Assembly: GCA_903813345.2 (NCBI GenBank)
Contig: CAIIXF020000001.1
Coordinates: forward strand, 15,004,001-15,068,000
DNA: 64,000 nucleotides
Source of the DNA: Owenia fusiformis
Taxonomy: Eukaryota
Reading direction: 5' to 3'
Of this stretch, positions 1-12,900 are shown piece after piece (positions within the stretch are counted from its first letter, which is position 1; every line of letters begins with the position of its first letter). The notes beneath the pieces were generated by a model that ran no database searches, had not been told where the DNA came from, and saw only the letters and a list, made by a program, of their open reading frames with translations. The position numbers and the translations under genes were made by a program.

Positions 1-131
1 CACCTCTGCTCTCACAATCTATTAAAACGTTAAATATTACAAGTGCTACGTCGTCCACATCTAACGATGCTTTAAACTTTAATTTGCGCAATCAATTTCA
101 ACAACAGTAGATAACCTGATACAATATTTAC

Positions 132-2514
132 CCAACACTGTCACGTTCGCAACACCTGGCGTATCATCTCTACAATATGGTATACCACAGAATCTCCATC
201 GCACGTTAGGGTCTGTTGTGTAGCACCAAGGACCTCCTCCCTCGCCATCTGGGTTTCTGGACGGATTAAAAGTCATTCGTGAAAATTATGAAGAAAATGA
301 CAGTGAAAGTGATGTACACATTCATACAGATTCCTTGACTAAAAAATGACAATGTATTTAGGAGAAAGCAATACGAGGACATAAAATCCCGGCATAAAAT
401 GCACTCTATTCAAAGTGGCAATGGGAGTATTTGTTATTTGCTAGGAATATGATGTTCTCTAGACTTGGTTCATTGAATGACATTTACCTGTAAATCATTA
501 TGTTCATTATAAGGTCTTTGGTGATCCAATTATAAGCATGCCTTAAAAATGTTAGTATCTACCTGCAATAATTAGCTGCATCTGCCAAGGTGGCATCAGG
601 AAAGTCGTCAGGATTTGTTCTAGTATGACTGTGAGGTGTTTGACTGTCCCAGCGCTGACATGTTATACCAGTCATAGTTGTACTCCTCGTACCAATATAC
701 TCTCGACCCATACGAGTTGCCTTACATTGCGTAGCTGAAATTGACAGATACCAATGAAGTCAGTGCAGCAGAAATGTACACTCGGTGAGAATGAACTTCT
801 CTTGGAGACGTATGCACAAAGGAATTCCCCCTCTTCTTCCGATTTTTGATATATAATGATGAACAAAGAATACCTACTTAGCCTAGACAAATTCCATATA
901 TCTTTAAATACGCGTACTGTAGTACCTGTTTTACACTCGACGACATAGTATATGTACCACTCTTGGCCAGGGTTTCCATTGGTAGATGTTCCACTGACGG
1001 GCTCCGGACTAAGTCTACATTCTCTCGTCTGTAAGTTATAATCACACGATTTACAAGTAAACGTTGTCTCCTGAAGGCAGGCAGTTTTACATCCTTCCTG
1101 TGTGAGATCTTGTACCGTCTTCTGAGGCGTTCCAGGCATTGCTGTTCCAGGGAACCGATTGAATACCCTTTGCAGACACTCTTATTAAAAATAAAAACAG
1201 TACTTTGCAGAACAAAGATATTTAATTAAAAATGGTAAAGGGGTATATGAAAACGATGAAATCAAGGTAAAATGACACTCTATTGCACTGATCTCGTACA
1301 TTGTCGTATGACACATGATACAATTTAAATAGTCAGTTACCACTCAGACTCAAACAAATTCTACCTTCAGCTTGATACAGCATGCCTTCTTCGCTATCAT
1401 CTGCTATAAGGTAGTCCACTTGAGATTCTAGCGGTTTTTGCTTCTCAATAGTTTCTTGGAGCAGTTCGTCTTTCACTTCGTACATGACATGATCACCATA
1501 ATTTTCAACTTGATGGTCACGGGATGGCATGATTGCTCTAATCGTTTCTCCACTCTTTATAAGCCCGATCTGGAAATAAATAAATGACAATTGAAAAATA
1601 AACTTATTGATGCAAACCATGAAACATTTGATAGTGAAAACAATTTTTAATAGAAAGAATACTTCAGCAGCCTAAACGTGTATTGGAAGAAACGATGCAA
1701 CACTACCATTTTGCCAATACAAACTGTGGCTATCACAGGACCACTGTATTGCTCCCCTTTAATCACAGATATAGTTTCGCCACTGTATACACAATCAGGG
1801 TCAAATGTTATGCGCTGCTCATGCCCATCTTTGGTCGTATAAACGGACTGGAATTCCGATCCTGCTAGTACCCTGGCATCTCTTTTGAGTCTCACTACAT
1901 GAGTATCACGATCGGCCTGAAGTACAACCAGACGGACATCAAGATCATTGAACCAAACATATATAAGTTCTATTTCATCGTTTTGATGTGGAATACCATT
2001 ATGATCATAGACTTTTAGTCAATCAATCAATAAGACTTAACCTGTATTGTCAAGTGGACGTGTTCTGCGGAATCATCAGTCCCAATGCCCCTTCTCATCC
2101 TGTGTAAATCCACCAGACTCTCACCTGTGTTCGTTCCACTAGCATCGTGTATGGTAATGCTCACTCTAACATGGTCGGCAGGAGTATCAAAATCACATAA
2201 CACGGAGGGAACCTTTTAAAAATTGATTGAGAATATATGATGGATACGCGTTTTCGAAACAGTGATTTGGTCGATTATGGACATCATATTTGACTGAACA
2301 ATATGAATAGATGTACAGACGCGTTCTCAATGTTTCCCATTTCGTTTTATCATTAGAATGTCTTCCTTATAAAGGACACCCTAAACCAAACATAATACTG
2401 TACAGTAAAGAATATCAATAGCAATGTAAACTTTAGAAATGAGGACAATGTACAACTTACCGTCTGGCCATAAAACAACACAGCAAACACAAGTGAAATA
2501 TAAACACTCTCCAT
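132..2514 (-). CDS. Secreted multidomain protein: signal peptide, ADAM/reprolysin-type propeptide, PAN/apple domain, kringle domain; continues beyond the left edge
   Basis: GT-AG exons with consistent phases: 2514-2461 (MESVYISLVFAVLFYGQT), 2212-2042, 1916-1707 (HVVRLKRD...DCVYSG...ATVCIGKM), 1569-1365 (IGLIKS...IMP...DHVMY), 1180-926 (PAN-like: CKTACLQETTFTCKSCDYNLQTRECRLS), 734-563 and 256-132 (kringle: CKATRMGREYIG...GITCQRWDSQTPH...NYCRNPDGEGGGPWCYTTDPNVRWRFCGIPYC). Confidence 0.85.
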
Positions 2515-3068
2515 TTGGTGGGAAACAAACCAGTTATGTTGCTATTTAAAACTGGTCATATTCATTATCAAAACATGTTGGTATCAGTAGTCATTAATTC
2601 AAATTGATAAAAAATCATATCAAACATAGGTAAGGAACCCATACCCCTTTTCCATATGAATACATCGAAATGGTAGTGAGATGGAGAGAATGATTTCCGA
2701 ACACAAAGAGCAATGGTAACAGAAAAAAGAACAATCTGTGGTAGACTATTGTAAGCTACATGTACTAAAATGAATATCCTTCCATTTTATTTAGCCATGA
2801 AACAGTAAGTTAAACCGTAAGCGGGTAGTTGAATTTGGGAATGCTATCTAAGACCAACATAAACAAAAAGAAATAGAACCAATATGAAACGTATACCTAA
2901 ACTAGATGTAGATTTTGTTCCGTTTGTAAATTATATGGCCTTAGGAAACAGCATTATTTGTCACATTTAGCATTAACTGCCTGTATAAGTCAAGTGGTGA
3001 AGTAAATGCTTTGAAACTCTATCATACTACATGTATGTAAATAGTGTTCGTGTTGAGACACTAGTTTT

Positions 3069-4193
3069 ATGATATATACAGATATAACAGACATGTGGCC
3101 AAAACTAACAGATTCCTATGCAGCAAGAGCCTCGTCGACAGCGAAAATATCAAGTTTTCTGACCTTTTGGATGCTAATATACATTGGTGCTATTCTGGGT
3201 ATTGTAACTTACTTCAAATACAGCTCATCGAGACGAACTTATAACGAGCAAACGGTTCGAACCAATGAAGAAACATTGAGGGATTATTTAAACAACGAAA
3301 TTACGTGGCATAATGATATGGACACGTCATTAATTCAACATGATATCAAAGAAATTAATAAACAAGGGAGCTTCAATATAAACGAGGACGCACTTATTTT
3401 CTTTCATATACCAAAAACAGGAGGTACCATATTTGGCTGGAACTTGGTTAAATCATTGCAGCTGATAATCCCGTGTGAATGTGATGTTCAGAAGGAATGG
3501 GGCTGTTGTAAATGTAAAAATAAAAATGGTGAAAATTGGATGTTCTCACCTGTTACACATGCATGGCCATGTGGAGTTCATCCACAGTGGTTAGACCATG
3601 CTTCATGCATGAAAGACATTGTCAAGAAAGAGACGGGGGTTCCCAAGACTCTTTATCATATAACGATGCTGAGGGATCCCATTGACAGATATATCAGTGA
3701 ATGGAGAATGCAGAGGATGTGCACGCATGATTGGTTGAATGGAACAACAGTAGACCCAATAACGTTAGATGAATTTATTAGGTGTCCTGATAGTTCAGCT
3801 ATAAACCGTCAAACCAGAATGTTAGCTGATATTGACCAATCACTTGTAAAGGAAATGGATGATGCGTACATACTGGAAAGAGCAAAAGACACTCTGAACA
3901 AAATGGCGTTCTTTGGCATTTTAGAATATCAACTATACACTCAAATATTATTTGAAAATACATTTAGAATAAAATTCAAACACTCTTTAGTACAACTGGA
4001 TGCATACCAAATGAATTTATTACCTCAACAGGAAGACGAAATCATTAAACAAAACAGTTTAGATATTGAGCTATATCAATATGCTAAAGATCTCATGTTT
4101 AGAAAAGTATTTGCATCATTTGGAGTAGAGGGACCATTGTACAAAGATGAAGATCTAGATCATCTAAAAATGTTGATACACAACAAAAAGTGA
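3069..4193 (+). CDS. Heparan sulfate 6-O-sulfotransferase-like type II membrane sulfotransferase, single coding exon, divergent
   Basis: 374-aa ORF with an N-terminal TM helix, 5'-PSB motif FFHIPKTGGT, Cys-rich segment with W.CGVHPQW, 3'-PB motif TMLRDPIDRYISEW, NRQTRMLAD and MAFFGILEYQ..TQILFENTF. These match HS6ST family motifs in order. Confidence 0.88.
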   Translation: MIYTDITDMWPKLTDSYAARASSTAKISSFLTFWMLIYIGAILGIVTYFKYSSSRRTYNEQTVRTNEETLRDYLNNEITWHNDMDTSLIQHDIKEINKQGSFNINEDALIFFHIPKTGGTIFGWNLVKSLQLIIPCECDVQKEWGCCKCKNKNGENWMFSPVTHAWPCGVHPQWLDHASCMKDIVKKETGVPKTLYHITMLRDPIDRYISEWRMQRMCTHDWLNGTTVDPITLDEFIRCPDSSAINRQTRMLADIDQSLVKEMDDAYILERAKDTLNKMAFFGILEYQLYTQILFENTFRIKFKHSLVQLDAYQMNLLPQQEDEIIKQNSLDIELYQYAKDLMFRKVFASFGVEGPLYKDEDLDHLKMLIHNKK

Positions 4194-4370
4194 TCACGCA
4201 CTACACTGTATATAAATATAAATATGTATAGTACAAATTTCAGCGATGACAGTCTGTCTGTTTGATGATCACAGCAGACATAAATATACTAAATGTGAAT
4301 GTGTGTTAAAATATTTTTCATTATGAAAATACATCAGTCTAATTGTAGCAGTCTGTCGAGTTCTAAACGT

Positions 4371-5856
4371 TTAATGATCTCTGGCCCATATGCTATATTG
4401 TACGCAGAAGTCATCAATGTTGACTCTGCCAAGATAATCTTTCTCCATAACTTCCATTATATTAAGTGCTGCTTCAACATCAAAGGTGAACGATGGAAAG
4501 ATGTCTAGATGAGCCCCAATTTCGACTATTTCTTCTGGTGTCGCATATCCCTCATCACCACCGATGCCTGCGTTTCTAAAGGCATGCCTCAACGCCGCAC
4601 CTCTGGAAAAGAATCAAGTTTTGGTGTTCTAGTTTTATTTTCAGAATTTCGACACGTGACATTGGTCAATCATGTCTACTAATCATTTATAGTTTGGCAA
4701 TAAATACCATTAGTTTACGACTAAGCTCTAGAAGGCTACTAGGAATAAAAAGGTTTGTCCGGGCACTTAAGATAATGTGTACAATCACACTGTAATGAGT
4801 GGGCTAGAGATAAAATATCATATATGCTTTTGTGTAAATAATCAAATACATATGAAACTAGGTTAAATATAAATCTACTTCAACAAAAATAATTATTTAA
4901 TTTGATGTGTAAATGTGTAACTATTTTTAATGATGACGACTGGGTGAAATTAAATTTCAACCAATTAAGTATGCACAAATGGCAACAATGCGAAAATGCA
5001 AAAATAGGATCACTCCATGCAGTAACCAAGAAAATCTAGCATCATTTACACACAAAAAGCGTCTGTATTTGTGAAAAACTATATTTACACATGGTCCAAC
5101 GCCTCAGACGCCTCCATGATGCTTAGAAAGTCATCCAAGGTTATTTCAGATCCAGGTCCATAGCCACCGTTGTTCAGAAGATCCTGAAAATATAGAAACT
5201 CTCTATTCGACAAAATTGTCCAAATAATATGACTCCGTACAATTTAAAATGTGTGCAATTTGAAACCCAAAATGCGTCCAAATCATTTGAATTTGGAACC
5301 TCAACTTCCGTATGATTTTCCGGACAAATGATAATGGTACATGAAACTGGGTCTCCATTTCAAAAGTCGGACGTTATATAACATGTGAAAGTATAAACTT
5401 ACCAGGACTTCTAGTTCATTGTATCCATGCAGTATGAGCATATCCCGAATTTCCTCGTATGTCATATAATCTAAACCATCAGAAATCTGGAAAGACAACG
5501 GTCATGATTAAGGTCTCAAACTAATTCTATAGATGAACGGATTCGGAATTGTCAAATTCCAAATTGAAGTAAACATATATTTTCAAATCAGACGGTGCAC
5601 TTTGATTCTTAGTAATATCTCCTAAAAATAAAACTCGAGTCTTAGGGATGAAATTAGTGAGATCAGTTGGAACCACCATAACAACAGATTCTACAGAAGA
5701 AAATTTTACTAGGTCAAAGGTTATTTAAAGCACCTCCCAATTCCTAATTCTAAACAAAATTATTTTCAGCGATTTAAGAATAGAGCAAATGTTTGTAAAA
5801 CTTACACTTTCCAGCCACCAAGCACGGTAAAGGTCTTCATCAGGATACCACGACAT
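4371..5856 (-). CDS. Divergent calmodulin-like EF-hand protein (about 153 aa), 4 coding exons
   Basis: Exons 5856-5806 (MSWYPDEDLYRAWWLES), 5486-5403, 5183-5089 (GSEITLDDFLSIM), 4602-4371 (LRHAF...GYATPEEI...KDYLGRVNIDDF). Total 462 nt in frame, canonical splice sites, degenerate EF loops. Confidence 0.75.
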
Positions 5857-6979
5857 GATCTCTTGTAATTCTTCCAAATAAATAAAGCTTTAACCCGAAG
5901 CTACAGTTTTGTATTCTCTTCTTGTCTACGCGGTAATGTAATGGTAGAAACTTCGGTACCAACCAAGAGGTATATTTCAGCGGAGATAACTACCCAGAGT
6001 TCAACTGACTCTTTTAAATATACACTTTTGAGTATTACACCAAGGACGCTTGACTTTACTTGGATACATTGACATATTTTTGATGATGGGAATAAAATAC
6101 TCCTACTCAAACTTTAGACCGCTTGGTTTTTGGTACAAAAATGGATATGGTTTAACAAATTAGTAATTTAAGCACTAGGGCGCTGCCACGTCGATGTACC
6201 GTTTATCAAACTTCTATTTATTTATTAAAATTAATTGATTCAGACTATGATAAAGCAATGATTCTATAACATGGTGATTGGCGGAGATTTACCGGGTGAT
6301 GAAGTCACAATTTATTTGATTGGTCCCTAGTTTGTTCATACGTAGTACATCTAAAAGCAATGCATTACATGCAGAAAATATAACAAACTTTTGGATTGAA
6401 CAATATTTTAAATATAATAGTAATTTGTTTTTCATCTCGCGTTTCATATAAATTATTTAATAAGGTCTTCGGATATTTCATCTAAATGAATCATGAGATG
6501 ATTATCCCTATTAGACCTAAACCTTAAATAACTTGTAAACAACGTCTATATTTTAAGATAAACAAATGCAAAAAAAGATAAGACATAATTTTATGGTGAT
6601 GCATTGAAAAGGTTATCCTTTAAGATTACATTATATCTTATTCATATCCAAGCACTTAAACAGTGAGGTAATATAACATATATTGCCCATTAATTCAGCA
6701 TAAACATCAACCTTTGTAAATTTAACACACATGTTAATTAATATTAATAAAATAAAATGTCCAAAGTTTACTACTGTTGATAAAAATATCGACTGATAAA
6801 TACATGTACATGATTCACGTGTCCTTTTTACTTATTGATAAAGGTTTCATATATTTTAGATATTGACTAGAATTTTCTAAACCAGATTGTAAAATAAACA
6901 TTTAAAGTAGCAATCAAAACGTTAAGTATTTCAACATATATCTTATTTGGATTCATTTCAACTTCATCGAGAGGTAAAA

Positions 6980-8356
6980 ATGGCGGGACTCTCAGAGGAG
7001 GAAATTACAGCATGGTTTCTTGAAAAGGTAATACAGTATACACAATACAGTCATAATACTACGACCATATTTATCATACACCTTGTAGTATAATCCATCT
7101 TTATTAAAACAAGTGAAATAAAATGACGATTTTAATTATTCAAATTGAAAACATTTGAAGTATTATTTTAAAAATGTATAAAAAGTCTGCTGAATCAAAT
7201 GCGACATTCTAAGACGAGGTATTGTGAATAGTACTTAGGTAAAAAGTGTTTTTCAAGAGTGATAATTAAACCTACCCAGAGTGTGATCGAGTGGAATAAA
7301 AATGGAGCACAGATACAGGGTGTGCAAAGGGTAGAGTAACATTACTGAGCTAGCTGTGTGCATTGCTTCATTGTAGGTTGCTCTAGGTGACGACACAGCG
7401 ACCAAAGCAGACCTCACAGAGCTTCTTCTCTCCAACAACTACAGTGAAGCAGAAATAGAAGTAATGTTCAATATGACAGGGGTGGATGATTCAACTCAGA
7501 TGGGACTAGGGGACATACTGAAATGGGTGATAGGAATCAAACTCTTTGATGGAATGTAGGTATAATGGTCACGTTTCAAGTCTTAACGCTCTTTTTTACT
7601 GATGAGTCAATTCGAATGGCGCCTTCATGGAAGCTTTACAAATAATCAAATTTTAAACAATTTCTATTTAAACAACTTTGGGAAAATAGAGAGCAATGGA
7701 AACTGGCAGAAATTATAATATCTTAAAACAGTATTAAATACTTCATACTCAAAATAACTTAAACAAAACAAACCTGGGAATAATTGATAAATTCTACAAG
7801 TCCATGCCAAAGCATGCGTCTTCACTGCGCCACAGATTACTTTACAAAACCAATGCTTAATACATGTACATATATGATGTCTTTCAGGAGTAAACTTGGT
7901 TTAGAAGAATCTGCCCCTCCCGCAGCTGCCCCTCCTGCAGCTGCTCCCCCTGCAGATGCTCCTCCCGCAGCTGCTCCTCCTGCAGGCGAAAAATCTTCCG
8001 GAGGGGCTCCACCAGGACCAGCTGTATGTCCTCCCGCAGCTGAACCTCCAGTTCCAAAGCCAACACCTGCGCCACCTGTCGAATCTACCCCTCCCGCAAC
8101 TGCTCCTCCCGAGGCCACTCCTCCTGCTGCGAAGGCTCCGGCAGCTGCACCTCCTGCAAAATCTCCACCAGCACCGGGTGGTGTAGGGTCACGTGCGAAC
8201 ATGACACCGGGAGAGGTGATCAATCTGGGACTGCAGATATCGGCAGAGTTTAACACTGACGCTGCACTGGCCGTCATGGACCAGATGCAACTAGACGCTG
8301 ATGGCAAGATTAACGTGGATGAATTCATTAAAGCATATCTACAAGCTGCTCCATAA
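6980..8356 (+). CDS. Divergent EF-hand protein (about 231 aa) with an internal Pro/Ala-rich insertion, 3 coding exons; paralogue of 4371-5856
   Basis: Exons 6980-7027 (MAGLSEEEITAWFLEK), 7377-7555, 7888-8356; 696 nt in frame. C-terminal EF loop QLDADGKINVDEF; aligns with the minus-strand neighbour. Confidence 0.78.
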
Positions 8357-9342
8357 TTGACTGAATTTGTTTCATATCAAAGATACAATATCATGATCTC
8401 TTGATTACTTTGCATCTAGCATTTTTAGTTTATTCAAACTAGCAATAATAATCCGGGAATAAAATAAAGTTAGTGGTAGTATCATCATGACGTTTCATCA
8501 AAAGCAGAATCTACATATAGGTGTCTCAGAGACATGAACTGTTCATCCTATATTATGTTCCACCAGACTATCACTAGTACTTTTGTTACTCTATTACATA
8601 GTTCGGATGGATTAACTGATTAACATAATAAAATCGACAAACATAACAAACACATGATTCAAAGGGAACTTTAATTGCTGTTGCAAAACTTTTGGTGGGG
8701 AGTGTGCGTCCAACTTAACACGCATTGTCTCTTAGTTTGTCCATTCATTACATTAGGGTCAACCCATCACTGCATCTTCAACATTGGACGCACTCTTGTG
8801 AAAGGAATGTAAATCGAATGTCATTTTGATTTAATAAATGGTTCTATTTCTTTTATACTTTATCTTTGTGTGCAAAGTACTACGAACAATGATATGATAA
8901 TACACTTGTGCACATACACCACGTACACATGGCCATACACTATTTGACATAACAATTATACCATGGTAGCCTTATCAATAAAATATCCTTCACTGCAAAT
9001 TAAAGATGTCAGTAACGTATCGGCATATTTGTCCTTCTATAACACACTTTTTAAACACCAGGGCTTAACATTATTTACAGTTTTCAACATTCTAGAAATT
9101 ATCAGTTTGAAAATTCGATATCCATTAGTCCGTAAAAAAATATCCATAGTATTCAAATTCCATTGGCCCATAAGTCCAGTAATTAAGGCACTAACATTCA
9201 GTACTAGCCTATTCACATGCCAAGGGGAATATTCAAAATAATTTTGCCATATTTTGTTATACATTAATAAACAATGTTGTTTTTCAACTTTTTGGAAGAG
9301 CCTGTCTACAGCATGCGGTAGTCAATATCCTACTCTTATATA

Positions 9343-9819
9343 CAGGGTGAGTCAGCATGAGTTTAGTGTCATATCTGGCACAATTAAACCTTGTTCAAAT
9401 GTTCTTTCTTTCTACCAAATTTCGTTGGTCTTTTTCTAAAGGTCGTGATTCTATGGCCATTTTACAAAACATGCTATAAAATAAGATGTCATGTCAGGAG
9501 GCTAACTTGAACATATTTGGCATAGTTGTTCACAACACAAGCCCAGACATCTTGTGTTAAAGCTCTAATCTTCTTTTTTATCTCTTGTTTCAATGTTTCA
9601 AGGGATGTTAGTGTAGATTAGCCCCAGAGATAAAATTCTGGTGGGATTTATGTCTGGTGAATATGGCACGTTTCGGCATTTGGAACATGTTTTGTAAATG
9701 GCCATAAAATCATGACCATTGGATATAGACCAATAGAACTTTGTAGAAAGAAGGCATATTGAACAAGATTTAGCTGTGCCAACATACATTTTTGGGTAAT
9801 CTTCTTTTGGCTCACCCTG
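9343..9819. mobile_element. Non-autonomous Tc1/mariner-type element
   Basis: TA|CAGGGTGAG ... CTCACCCTG|TA termini; minus-strand transposase remnant YSPDINP. Confidence 0.75.
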
Positions 9820-9963
9820 TAGTACAATGACTCAATCTGAAACAAACTCTTGCAACTCAAAACTCCAATTCAAAATCCATCACATAACTCATTATAATAT
9901 TGAGATTGTATTTTACTGCACTGTATGGTATTGTTCTGATGTAGATTAAATAGTCTGTATCTG

Positions 9964-12900
9964 CTACAGTTTTGATGTTGGTTTGTCAATATTAAACTTT
10001 CCTCCCTTCCCGGCCCCTGTTACAAACCTGCCTGCCCCTGCAATCAACAGAAAGTGCACTGAATCAGTTTTAGGCTTTGAACCTCATTCAACTTCATTGA
10101 TATGCATGGGCCTTTATATGTTTTCTGTGGCTGTACACCAAACTGCTACACATTAAACGGTTATTTCTAATAAATTGTTGCTATAATGCTATTAATATTT
10201 AATATTTTTTATACTATGAATTAGAATTGTTTTATTGATATGATCATTTGATAACTAGACTTTAGGGGCTTTCCTGTTGCATGTTAAGGGGGGGGGGGGG
10301 GTAAATATCTAAAATAAAATTTACCTTAACCTACAAGATGTGCTAGATGAAAATGTTGATGTGGACAGGATTTGTGCGATCAACATTTTTATATAAAGAC
10401 ATCAGTATATCAGTTTTTCAATTATTCAAACATATCAAAGGTGATAAGGTAAATGTGGACTCACCCTGAACAGATTCCAAATTGATCACATGTTTAGCAT
10501 TGTCCAATTCATAGCACATTGCATCTGTATGTGAGGGGGCGTCATAAGTGGCATGATAGGCAGACTTGCGGTCTCTGAGCATACACTCTTGTGGAAAGTT
10601 AGAAATAGTTTGAGCAATCTTTACTGCTTCGCCTACAGCTAAAAAGAGAATGAATTTTTTCTACATAAAGCTTGTTTATGGACAAACCTAGTTATGACAT
10701 GTGGATGGCAATACTGCATCCTAACTTTTCAGAAAAATTATTTTAGACATTTTCACCTGAAACCATAAAATTAAATCCCATACATGTAGTTTCCTTGCTT
10801 CATTAAATTTCCCTTGTTCTTGGATCCTCAGTATGCACCTGTTGTTTTTATCTGTGACCATACATTCATAAAACATTAAAATACTCAACCTAATTGATTG
10901 AAAATACATGTATAATCTATAGTTTTTTACCTGTTCCTATTGGGACAACCCTATTAGCAAGCCCCATTTGCAGTGCTTCATTAGCTGACACACCTCGTCC
11001 TGTCAGGATCATATCCATTGCTCTAGAAAGACCAATCAAAGCTGGCAGTCTCACTGTTCCTCCATCTATCAATGGAACTCCTAAACAAAGCAAGAATATG
11101 ATAGTACTATAGATTGACCTAATCTATAACATTTATATTTAAATGCTATTTTGACTTTGAATGACTTCAGTGATTTTTAACTCAAATGGTGAACTTATGG
11201 AATCAACCACTTGTTTTCTATATCACCCTTAATTTAATAAGGAATTTAGATCTTGTTTCATGGTAATTGGCAAATGACAATCATGTGACATACATGTAAT
11301 CTTATATATGTATCAAGCTCTAGTGTACCCTTTTCTCATGAACATACAAACATTTTTCACATAGGGCAACATGGGATTGATGTAAGACTAATGTCATACA
11401 TTTACTACAGACAGGTGACTTTCCTTACCAAACCTCCTGCAGAAAACTCCCATGATGGCTGTTTCCTCCACAATTCTCATGTCACACATCAGTGAAAGTT
11501 CAAGACCTCCAGCAACAGCATAGCCAGATACAGCAGCAATTACTGGTTTATTGAACACCATCTTGGAGGGGCCCTGGAGTTAGATTTATATCAGAATGGA
11601 GATTCATAATGTCATCCTCCAAAAGCAGGAGTTCAGATACCATCCAGTATGAAGGAAGGCAATCTGTGGATGATGTATATAGCCCTATGTTCAGATGATC
11701 AACACAAGGCAGCTCTAACACATTTACAATACTCAAAAAATGGTGTATACTGTACATGTTCACATACCATAGGTCCTAGTCCGTCATTGGGATCTGGGAA
11801 ATTCTCAGGAGACACCCCACCTTCTGACAGCTGTGACAAATCAAATCCAGCACAAAAGTTGCCACCTGCAAATAATATTATTTCAAATATACATGTACTG
11901 TACACGTTTGTATAGGAAACATACCTGTAGTGGTACATTTGTATTTGAATGATAATTAGATAAAGAAATCTTGATATTATTCAGCATCCCTTCATCTTGT
12001 TTCAATATATGGACTGAATCAAAAACGTCTAAGTATATATACATTACATGTTCCATACTCGAAAATGAAGTACATGTAGACCACAGTGCAATATAAATGT
12101 ACGCTTTATAATGTACACCCTGTATATACAATATACAGAGCATTTGATTAATAGGGGAACATAACTGCACTCATGCCAACTATTCAATAGTCTAGCTACA
12201 AGTGGTCACAGAGGCTTGTAGCTACAGTGTACAGTAGACTAACTAGATTGGATACTTACCTTTCCCATGCAGAACTGCCACTCTTAATGAATCATCATTC
12301 TCAAATGTCCTAAAAGCCTGTACTAATTGGGCAGCTGTTTGAGAATTAACACAGTTTCTTTTCTCTGGTCTGTTAATGCCTATCAGGAATATCTTACCAA
12401 CTTTATCTGTGACAACTAAATCTGAAATGAATAGCCAATTTTAAACGGTTAAAAGGTAGTTCAGTTATACACGTGTAAGTCATGTATATCCATACAATAT
12501 TACATGTACAATGTACAGCACATACTTATACATGTACCTGTAGATTGTACATGTACATACATGTATTGTATATTATAAATGTACAAAACATGACATACAT
12601 GTACATGTACAAGCCCGGCATACAAGTCTACCCAATGTACATGTTGATGTTTACACAGCCGAATATTGTTGACATATGTGTAAAAATGGACAGCTAATAA
12701 TACCTAACGAATGTGACATTGCGATTTTCGTTATCCTGTTTATGTTTTATTCACAAAATAACATTCAAAAGGAACTTTGAATTTTGGACTTTCAATGAAT
12801 GCAGATGAACACTCATCAACTCTACAAAAGGTATTTATAAAATCATTCTCACTGAAGATTTACTGGTGAATGGGTTAATTTTACAATAGTTAATTGTAGC

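Noticed and set aside
7556..7558. Apparent in-frame stop (ATG TAG) ending the plus-strand EF-hand gene early
   Set aside because: A phase-2 donor AT|gtaggt precedes it, matches the paralogue's intron phase and restores the frame into 7888.
7837..8328. 163-aa Gly/Ala-rich minus-strand ORF
   Set aside because: Antisense shadow of the Pro/Ala repeat exon of the EF-hand gene.
12470..12650. TACATG/TACATGTA-rich tract and its ORF
   Set aside because: Low-complexity intronic simple repeat with no coding signal.
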